Assembly: GCA_018883165.1 (NCBI GenBank)
Contig: VEQN01000002.1
Coordinates: forward strand, 12,134 to 76,133
Length of the DNA stretch: 64,000 nt
From: Candidatus Tayloriibacteriota bacterium
GTDB lineage: Bacteria > Patescibacteriota > Minisyncoccia > Phycocordibacterales > CAIZLB01
Direction of reading: 5' to 3'
A program made the position numbers and the translations under genes. A model generated the notes under the pieces. It saw only the letters and a program-made list of their open reading frames with translations, was not told the origin of the DNA and searched no databases. Below, one piece after another: positions 38,359 through 45,940 of the stretch. Position 1 is the first letter of the stretch; each line of letters begins with the position of its first letter.

Positions 38359-39231
38359 TTGGATATGGAATACATCTATCACCTAGCAGTACTCTTCACC
38401 ATATATGCAGGTTTGGCAATTACCCTTGATCTTGTTGTCGGATACACTGGCCTTTTGTCTGTGACCCATGCTGCATTCTATGGCTTTGGTGCATATGCGA
38501 CAGCTATTTTAATGACCGCACACGGCTTTGGATTCTTCCCATCCTTACTCGTTGGAATGGTAATATCGATGGTAGCAGCACTTCTCATCGGTTTTGTACT
38601 CTCGAGGTTTAAAGATGATTACTATGCATTGGTTTCTTTCGGGTTTAACATCATTGTATTTAGTGTATTTCTAAACTGGCAGGATGTAACTCGTGGCCCA
38701 CTCGGTATTCCTGGTATTGGAAAGCCTGAATTGTTTGGATATACATTTAGTTCCACACTCCAGTTTTTGTTCTTGAGTGCAGTATTAATGCTTCTCGTGT
38801 ACGGAGCTGCACGATTTTTGGTAAGCTCATCTTTTGGTAGGGTACTTAAGGCGATTCGAGAAGATGAAAAAGCAATCAGTGTATTTGGATACAATACAAA
38901 AACATACAAGCTAGTAGTATTTACACTCTCTGCTGGTATGGCTGCGATTGCAGGTTCATTATTTGCTTCATATATTACATTTATTGATCCTTCAACATTC
39001 ACGTTGAATGAGTCTGTCTTCATCCTCGCAATGATTATTCTTGGTGGCCTATCAAATGTTCGTGGTGCTGTCATTGGTGCACTGTTTCTCATTTTGTTAC
39101 CTGAGATATTAAGGTTTGTCGGTTTCCCAACAGATATTGCAGCGCAGATGCGACAGGTTGTGTACGGAGCACTCCTAATTGGTCTCATGCTCTACAGACC
39201 ACAAGGGTTAATGGGAGAGTTTAAGTTGTAA
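38359..39231 (+). CDS. livM: branched-chain amino acid ABC transporter permease
   Basis: 290 aa multi-TM LivM-like. Confidence 0.85.
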   Translation: MDMEYIYHLAVLFTIYAGLAITLDLVVGYTGLLSVTHAAFYGFGAYATAILMTAHGFGFFPSLLVGMVISMVAALLIGFVLSRFKDDYYALVSFGFNIIVFSVFLNWQDVTRGPLGIPGIGKPELFGYTFSSTLQFLFLSAVLMLLVYGAARFLVSSSFGRVLKAIREDEKAISVFGYNTKTYKLVVFTLSAGMAAIAGSLFASYITFIDPSTFTLNESVFILAMIILGGLSNVRGAVIGALFLILLPEILRFVGFPTDIAAQMRQVVYGALLIGLMLYRPQGLMGEFKL

Positions 39232-39235
39232 ACAT

Positions 39236-39982
39236 ATGCACACACTACAAACAAAGCATCTCACTAAACACTTCGACACTGTAAAGGCAATTACAGATCT
39301 GAGTATTTCTTTTGAGCCTGGAAAAATAACAGGGGTAATTGGTCCAAACGGTTCAGGAAAGTCTACATTCATAAATACACTTACAGGTCTTACTCCAATC
39401 ACATCAGGGTCAATTGGTGTGGCTGAAAAAGTTGAGCTTACATCGATTGTTTCAAACGATATGCCAGTCTATGGTATCACACGAACATTTCAAGAGGTGC
39501 GACTGTTCGAGCAGATGAGTGTACTTGATAATATATTAGTGGTAACTACATGTAGAGGATGGTTTAAATCAATATTTGAAAAACATTCTGCATATCATCT
39601 TGCGATAGCGGAAAAGGTGCTCAAGAGAGTTGGTATATGGCAGTTTCACAACAAGTTGGCAGTAAACCTCTCCTATGGTCAAAGAAAACTATTGGAAATA
39701 GCTCGAGTATTGGCTATGTCTGAAATAGGGAAAGCACAAGTAATATTTTTTGATGAACCGTATGCTGGACTATTTCCTGAAATGGTAAAGCTTGTTTCTG
39801 AGATCATGAAAGAACTTCGAAGTGAGGGTAAAACAGTAATATTGGTTGAGCATAACATGGATTTGATTCGGGAGTTGTCAGACAAGGTAATCGTGCTTGA
39901 TAGTGGAACTTTGCTTGCTGAAGGTAATGCAAACCACGTGCTTTCTCGGAAGGATGTTGTCGAAGCGTATTTGGGGGAGTAG
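39236..39982 (+). CDS. livG: branched-chain amino acid ABC transporter ATP-binding protein
   Basis: GPNGSGKST Walker A, LSYGQRK signature, 248 aa. Confidence 0.88.
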   Translation: MHTLQTKHLTKHFDTVKAITDLSISFEPGKITGVIGPNGSGKSTFINTLTGLTPITSGSIGVAEKVELTSIVSNDMPVYGITRTFQEVRLFEQMSVLDNILVVTTCRGWFKSIFEKHSAYHLAIAEKVLKRVGIWQFHNKLAVNLSYGQRKLLEIARVLAMSEIGKAQVIFFDEPYAGLFPEMVKLVSEIMKELRSEGKTVILVEHNMDLIRELSDKVIVLDSGTLLAEGNANHVLSRKDVVEAYLGE

Positions 39983-40053
39983 TCTAGTTGGTGTCACTAA
40001 GTATCTGTATTTGCAAAAAGTAGATAAATTGGTTTTCTTAATAAACAAAACGC

Positions 40054-40085
40054 GCCGTCGAAATCCTTTCGGACATACGACGGCA
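40054..40085. terminator. hairpin between livG and convergent membrane-protein gene
   Basis: gccgtcg-18 nt loop-cgacggc. Confidence 0.35.
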
Positions 40086-40107
40086 CGATCTTTGCGCATC
40101 ATGTTCA

Positions 40108-40689
40108 TCATCCTGGACACTCATCGTAACCAGTGATGTCGTAGCCGAGCTTTTTCCACCGATCCTCCGTCCATGGCCTGCAGATATAACACAGGCACAG
40201 TGCACTGCCTGCAGTCCATAACCAGAGTGAGCTTGGCGTTACTTCGATCGCCCACACACCGATTCGGTAGATGATTGCACCGATGAATGCGGCGATACGC
40301 TTTGCGTGGTAACGTTCTGCCCTGGTCTTAAACTTCTCAAGCAGGCTGTAGTCATTGAATGTTGGTAGGAAGACTTTTGGAACGCCAATCATGATGAAGG
40401 CGAGGATAAAAGTCAGTGTGGCATTAATAAGCCACATCCAAAATCCAAAGCTGTGTACGAGACCGATGAGTGCGATACAAATGGCAAGGATGTCTGCAGG
40501 AGCGCAGAGTGCCCTTGTCAAAGTGTCTGGCACTAGGACTTTGTCTTTATCGATCGGTTTGTCGTGAACTGGTTGCACGTACTTGGGTGCGCGCAACAAC
40601 ATGATGATTTGCCTCGCCTCATCGGCGAGGATAGCAATGAACAGACTCGCAACACAAAGTGTTGCGGGGGAGATGGTGATTTCTTCCAT
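40108..40689 (-). CDS. hypothetical membrane protein in high-GC island (about 52% GC) between livG and livF
   Basis: 193 aa, 4-5 predicted TM helices, Cys-rich C-terminus. Confidence 0.5.
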   Translation of the reverse strand: MEEITISPATLCVASLFIAILADEARQIIMLLRAPKYVQPVHDKPIDKDKVLVPDTLTRALCAPADILAICIALIGLVHSFGFWMWLINATLTFILAFIMIGVPKVFLPTFNDYSLLEKFKTRAERYHAKRIAAFIGAIIYRIGVWAIEVTPSSLWLWTAGSALCLCYICRPWTEDRWKKLGYDITGYDECPG

Positions 40690-40788
40690 GGCTGTATGTG
40701 GTGGTGTTTCGTCCCTAGATGACAGGATGTCATCAGTTCTGCCAAAACAGTACTATATATCTCCATACCATGTCCAGTATGTGGTTTT

Positions 40789-41559
40789 TTGATATACTTC
40801 ACATATATGACAGTTGAAAACAAAGAGGTGCTCATAGAATTAAAGGATATCAACGTTACATATGGTGGCGTAAAAGCACTTGATTCCGTAAATGTGTCAT
40901 TTCGAGAAGGTGAGGTGGTTGCGCTCATGGGTCCTAACGGTGCTGGGAAATCAACCATCTTGAAATCACTCTTTGGTCTTGCACCTACAACCCATGGCGT
41001 GCACGGCGGAGTTTTCTGGAGAGGAAACAAACTAGATACAGATTTGCTTCTGCCACATCATATGGTTCCACTCGGGGTTACGCTGGTACCACAAGGAAAA
41101 AGAGTATTTGGAAAATTGACCGTGAAAGAAAACTTGGAAATTGGTGGTGTGTCACTTAAAGACAAGACCTTACTTAAAGAGAGAATTGAAGAAGTGTTAG
41201 ACTTGTTTCCGGTGCTTCGAACAAAGCTTCATCAGAAATCTCGAGAGCTTTCTGGTGGGCAACAACAGATGGTTGCAATTGCGAGAGGGTTGATCACCGA
41301 CCCTAGAATATTACTCCTTGATGAACCTTCACTTGGTCTTGCGCCTAAAGTGGTTCAGGAAGTTTTTCAGACCATCAAAGACATCAATCAAAAGAAAGGT
41401 ATGGCAATTGTAGTAGTAGAGCATAACCTTAAATCACTCCTTCCAATTGTTGATCGTGCATATGTGCTCGACAAAGGAAAAGTGGTTGCAGAAGGCAAGG
41501 GTCAAGATATTGTTGACAGTGGAATATTCAAAAAAGTATTTCTTGGTGCATTGGAATAA
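40789..41559 (+). CDS. livF: branched-chain amino acid ABC transporter ATP-binding protein
   Basis: GPNGAGKSTIL Walker A, LSGGQQQM signature. Confidence 0.88.
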   Translation: MIYFTYMTVENKEVLIELKDINVTYGGVKALDSVNVSFREGEVVALMGPNGAGKSTILKSLFGLAPTTHGVHGGVFWRGNKLDTDLLLPHHMVPLGVTLVPQGKRVFGKLTVKENLEIGGVSLKDKTLLKERIEEVLDLFPVLRTKLHQKSRELSGGQQQMVAIARGLITDPRILLLDEPSLGLAPKVVQEVFQTIKDINQKKGMAIVVVEHNLKSLLPIVDRAYVLDKGKVVAEGKGQDIVDSGIFKKVFLGALE

Positions 41560-41584
41560 ATATTCATGATAGAATTACAACATA

Positions 41585-42193
41585 ATGAATCCTAAAACAT
41601 TCATATTCATGGGACGGTCTGGTTGCGGAAAAGGAACGCAAGCTAAAATTTTAATTGATCACTTGAATCAAGCTGATCCTGAAAAGAATAAAGTGGTGTA
41701 CCTTGAAACAGGAGCACGTTTTCGAACATTCATCTCTCTTCCTGGGTACTCAAACAAGCTTGCAGCAGATATTCAAAATATTGGAGGGCGGCAGCCTGAT
41801 TTCTTAGCTGTATGGAACTGGGCACATGTACTCATCGAAGAGATGACGGGTAAAGAACACTTGGTTGTTGATGGTATGCCCCGGTCATACCAAGAAGCAC
41901 TTGTCTTTGATACAGCAATTCATTTTTACAAAAGAGAGAAGCCGGTTGTTGTATACATTGATGTAAGTAGAGATTGGTCAAAACAACACCTCTTAAGTAG
42001 AGCACAGAAGGAAGGTAGAGCTGATGATTCTAATTCGGAATATATAGAGCGAAGATTGAACTTTTTTGATCATGAAGTGATGCCAGCTATTGAATACTTT
42101 AAACACAATGCTGGATACAATTTCATACACATCAAAGGTGAACAGACCGTTGAAGAGGTGACACGAGATATGTTTAGTAAGTTGAATTGGTAA
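41585..42193 (+). CDS. adk: adenylate kinase family protein (divergent)
   Basis: FMGRSGCGKGTQA P-loop and VDGMPRSYQEA (cf. LDGFPRT) motifs. Confidence 0.75.
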   Translation: MNPKTFIFMGRSGCGKGTQAKILIDHLNQADPEKNKVVYLETGARFRTFISLPGYSNKLAADIQNIGGRQPDFLAVWNWAHVLIEEMTGKEHLVVDGMPRSYQEALVFDTAIHFYKREKPVVVYIDVSRDWSKQHLLSRAQKEGRADDSNSEYIERRLNFFDHEVMPAIEYFKHNAGYNFIHIKGEQTVEEVTRDMFSKLNW

Positions 42194-42985
42194 TTACTCT
42201 GTAGATACCGCCCAGGTATTTTTCCACAAGAGTTTCATGAGGTGTGCAAATTCTCGGCTTTGGACAATAAATGCAAACTGTTCACCTGTACTGCTTGCGA
42301 ACAAGCATTTGTCGTCATATACCCAAAAACTCATAGACCATTCCGTTTCTTTGGGTGCATAGCGAACATCTCTATCATTCTTCCACCCGTCACTTTGTAG
42401 TAACATATGCTTCTCTTCACTTTCTTTGTCTAGCTTTCTATCCGAATGTTTTCGAATGATGTACATGTGCACTTTATATCTGAGTCTTTGTTCACTGTGC
42501 CATTTACTGAACTCTGGTGTAAGAATGTCAATCATCTCATTAGTTGGCCACATAAGAAATGTTTCTTTGCATTTTTCATGCCACATTGTGTCACGAAAAG
42601 CTTGCCGTATACCTTCTTTTCCGGTGTAAAACTTTATTTTTGGTTTTGTCGGCCCTTCTTTGTGTCCAAGTGCCATTAATGATAGCAAGGCAGTCTCAGC
42701 ATTCTTGATTGATGATATTTTAGATGCTATGAGATCTTTAAGTTGTGAGTCACTCACTGGTCCATATTCTTTACTTCTATTCTCTGAATACTCAATTACC
42801 AATCGCTCATTCTGGAGTTCACCGAGGGCGTCATATATTGATGCCTTTGGTATATGGGGAGCATCGGATATCTTCGAAACAGGGGACACACCTGCTTCAA
42901 GTAGGTATATGAAAACCCTCTCGGCGGTACCTTTAATGCCAAGAGCATGTATGGATTCTTTTGCTTTTTCACTTTCTGTAGCCAT
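42194..42985 (-). CDS. TrmB-family transcriptional regulator
   Basis: N-terminal wHTH IYLLEAGVSPVSKISDAPHIPKASIYDALGEL; divergent from the SBP gene at 43044. Confidence 0.65.
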   Translation of the reverse strand: MATESEKAKESIHALGIKGTAERVFIYLLEAGVSPVSKISDAPHIPKASIYDALGELQNERLVIEYSENRSKEYGPVSDSQLKDLIASKISSIKNAETALLSLMALGHKEGPTKPKIKFYTGKEGIRQAFRDTMWHEKCKETFLMWPTNEMIDILTPEFSKWHSEQRLRYKVHMYIIRKHSDRKLDKESEEKHMLLQSDGWKNDRDVRYAPKETEWSMSFWVYDDKCLFASSTGEQFAFIVQSREFAHLMKLLWKNTWAVSTE

Positions 42986-43043
42986 ATATATAGTTATTCG
43001 GAATTCGACGAATGATATACATATATTAACACATTAATATAAT

Positions 43044-44189
43044 ATGTCTACTATGAAAAACATATATACATATATCGGTATTCTGATTGTGATTGTTGCC
43101 GCTTTCTTGATAAAAGGTCCGGTACATAACAGAGAAGAAACAAACGTGCCCATACGGATCGGTGCATCACTTTCACTAACGGGTGTCGCAGCAGATTTTG
43201 GAGGTATGGCTAAAAAGGCAGCAGATTTAGCTGTGAAGGAAATAAATGCAGAAGGCGGCATTAATGGAAGAAAAATTGAGTTGTATGTAGAAGATGACCA
43301 GACTGATCCAAAGACAGCGGTTTCTGCGTATAGAAAATTGGTAGATGTACACAATGTCGATGCCGTTATCGGAGGTATTTTTGATTTCACAGCTCAACCT
43401 GTACTTCCACTGGCGTTGAAGGATAAAGTGACATACGTTTCCCCGGTAAACTTCGTCATTGATGGTACGTTTGAGATGAATCCGTATACTTTTGTTATGT
43501 ACCCAGAATTTCCCCAAGTGATCCGAGAATTAGATACCGTAATTAAAGATAAAAAGATAAAACAGTTGGGCATGATTCGATATGATTCAGGATTCAGTGC
43601 ATCCATTGAAAAAACTCTTAAATCAATTATGTCATCCATAGGTGGTGATATGGTAACAGAAACATACAAAGCAATAGGTTCAAGTGATTTCAGAACTAAT
43701 GTTCTCAAAATAACAGATGCGTCACTAGGTGACAAAAAAGTCGATGCTGTTTTTCTAGATATGCTTGACTTTGATATCGTTAAGTATCTCGCAGATACAA
43801 AGAACCTTGGGTTTAACAAGCAACTTGTGGGATACACTACAATGAGAGATGTACTTTCAAACCCTAAGGTGGATAAAAGTCAGATTGAGGGGGCAATAAT
43901 GATTGACTGGGAAATACCTTCGGATGAATTTATAAAAAGATTCGTACATGCATATGGTGAAAAACCTAGACGTGGTGCAAACAAGACGTATGATGCGATA
44001 TATATGCTTGCTGAGGCAATTGCACATACGGAAGATAGACAATCTGTACCGGAGTACATAAAGAGTAATTCATTCAATACTATTGGTGGTCAGTTCAAGT
44101 TCAATGAAAAGCATTCTGTGCTCACAACACCTGTTAAGATATTTGAAATAAGAAATGGTGTATTGGTTGAATTGAAATCAAACCAGTAG
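43044..44189 (+). CDS. orphan Liv-type (PBP1) substrate-binding protein
   Basis: TM/signal then IRIGASLSLTGVAADFGGMAKKAADLAVKEINAEGGINGRKIEL. Confidence 0.8.
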   Translation: MSTMKNIYTYIGILIVIVAAFLIKGPVHNREETNVPIRIGASLSLTGVAADFGGMAKKAADLAVKEINAEGGINGRKIELYVEDDQTDPKTAVSAYRKLVDVHNVDAVIGGIFDFTAQPVLPLALKDKVTYVSPVNFVIDGTFEMNPYTFVMYPEFPQVIRELDTVIKDKKIKQLGMIRYDSGFSASIEKTLKSIMSSIGGDMVTETYKAIGSSDFRTNVLKITDASLGDKKVDAVFLDMLDFDIVKYLADTKNLGFNKQLVGYTTMRDVLSNPKVDKSQIEGAIMIDWEIPSDEFIKRFVHAYGEKPRRGANKTYDAIYMLAEAIAHTEDRQSVPEYIKSNSFNTIGGQFKFNEKHSVLTTPVKIFEIRNGVLVELKSNQ

Positions 44190-44238
44190 TTTCTTAGCCC
44201 CTTTATACTATCCATATATTGGTGTAGAGTAGGGTGTA

Positions 44239-45051
44239 ATGATTCAGTTAAAGTCTAAGAAGGATATAGAAATATTGAGAGAAGCTGGCAAGAAACTGGC
44301 GTATATACTAGCTAGTCTAGAGAAGGCGACAGTTCCGGGTGTAAGTTCGTTTGAACTTGAAGACCTTGCCCGAAAGCTCACTAAAGAAGCAGGTGCTACT
44401 CCTGCTTTTTTGGGATATACCCCAGAGGGTGCTAAACGAGCGTTTCCCGCTGCACTGTGTCTCTCGGTTAACAACGCAGTAGTGCATGGTATTCCAAACG
44501 AAAAAGAATATATAATTAAGAAAGGAGACTTGGTGGTGTTGGATATGGGAATTGTATACAAGAAGATGATTGTCGATAGTGCAATTACGGTTTCAGCTGG
44601 TGGTCTTGAAGCAACGGATGAGAAGGGAAGGAAACTACTTCAGGCTGGTAAAGAATGTTTGGATGCTGCAATTGAGGCGTGTCGACATTGGAAAAAAGAT
44701 TTTCCAAAAGGTATCAAGACGGGTGACATTGGCCAGGCCATCGAAAATGCTTTTATGTTCTATCACAAGAAATATGGATTTAATATGGCAGAACATCTCG
44801 GAGGTCATGGTGTTGGATTCAAAGTACACGAGGATCCATTCGTTCCAAATCTCGGAGTTCCTGGACAAGGCCCAGCACTTCAGCCTGGTACTGTAATTGC
44901 CATCGAACCTATTCTTAATGAAGGTAAGGCGCAAATACGACTTGAAAGTGATGGATATACCATCACAACAATTGACGGAAAGAGAAGTGTTCACTTTGAA
45001 CATACAATTGCAATCACAGAAGATGGTGTTGAGGTGTTGACGGAGATGTAG
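44239..45051 (+). CDS. map: type I methionine aminopeptidase
   Basis: 270 aa with MAP type I core. Confidence 0.9.
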   Translation: MIQLKSKKDIEILREAGKKLAYILASLEKATVPGVSSFELEDLARKLTKEAGATPAFLGYTPEGAKRAFPAALCLSVNNAVVHGIPNEKEYIIKKGDLVVLDMGIVYKKMIVDSAITVSAGGLEATDEKGRKLLQAGKECLDAAIEACRHWKKDFPKGIKTGDIGQAIENAFMFYHKKYGFNMAEHLGGHGVGFKVHEDPFVPNLGVPGQGPALQPGTVIAIEPILNEGKAQIRLESDGYTITTIDGKRSVHFEHTIAITEDGVEVLTEM

Positions 45052-45108
45052 TTCACATGTAACCAGTTGTCATTTGTGTTGTCGTGGTACAATTATATAT
45101 ACATACAT

Positions 45109-45888
45109 ATGAAAATTTCATTTGAAAAAGGATATTTTACATCATTAGCAGTTGCTACTCTTCTGTTTTGTGGAGTAGGTGCCGCACTTGCGTGGACACC
45201 CGCACCGTCCACACCTCCAAAAGATAACGTTGAACCACCGATAACGGTTGCTTCTACAGCTCAATATAAGAAAGGGGTATTGGGATTGAATGGATTAGCT
45301 GTCTTTGGAAAAGTACAAATTGTTGATGGTACCCAAGGAGCGGGTAAGGTACTGATGTCAGATGCTCAAGGTAGAGCTAGTTGGCAACCTCTGCCACAGG
45401 TAAATTCGGTGACAAATATCACTAATAACCTGTGTCAAACACCAATCTTTGCTAGTTTGACACATATAACACCAAACAATACCGCAAATATTAAAAAGGT
45501 TGCCACTCTACAACCGGGAACATATAAAGTGGAAGGGTCTGGTAGTTCATATAATACAGGTGGTGGAGGTGTTAATTCTGTCGTGCTCTCAGAAGAAAAT
45601 ATTGCAGATGCGTATGTGTCTGCATACCCAGCTTCAATTACCAGTGCATGGGTGGGTTATATAGAAAACAATTGTACAAGTTGTGCAATTAAAAACAAAA
45701 TAATGTATGGTCCTGGTGGTGCAAATAGATTGATCTACATATACAACAGAAATGGATACAATGATGGCACTTGGTCTATACCTAAAGATATGACAATTAC
45801 GGTTGCTAAGAAAATGCATGTATATTTGGCATTGTCACAAGCAGGAGCCACTGGTAATTTGGAGTTTACCCAGACTAATTGTAAATAA
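45109..45888 (+). CDS. secreted protein with phage tail-collar/fibre-like motif
   Basis: Signal peptide (ALA-WTP); VQIVDGTQGAGKVLMSDAQGRASWQ resembles the tail-collar-fibre motif ...GAGKVLTSDAxGxASWQ. Confidence 0.5.
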   Translation: MKISFEKGYFTSLAVATLLFCGVGAALAWTPAPSTPPKDNVEPPITVASTAQYKKGVLGLNGLAVFGKVQIVDGTQGAGKVLMSDAQGRASWQPLPQVNSVTNITNNLCQTPIFASLTHITPNNTANIKKVATLQPGTYKVEGSGSSYNTGGGGVNSVVLSEENIADAYVSAYPASITSAWVGYIENNCTSCAIKNKIMYGPGGANRLIYIYNRNGYNDGTWSIPKDMTITVAKKMHVYLALSQAGATGNLEFTQTNCK

Positions 45889-45922
45889 ATCATATTCTAG
45901 GTTCGTCACATATATACACTTT

Positions 45923-45931
45923 TGATATACT
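45923..45931 (+). promoter_or_regulatory. extended -10 TGaTATACT 9 nt before ATG of ATPase gene
   Basis: tgatatact atatacagt ATG. Confidence 0.4.
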
Positions 45932-45940
45932 ATATACAGT

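Noticed and set aside
40533-41030. 165-aa minus-strand ORF spanning the livF start
   Set aside because: Antisense to the livF Walker A region and bridges two differently composed segments; likely artefact.
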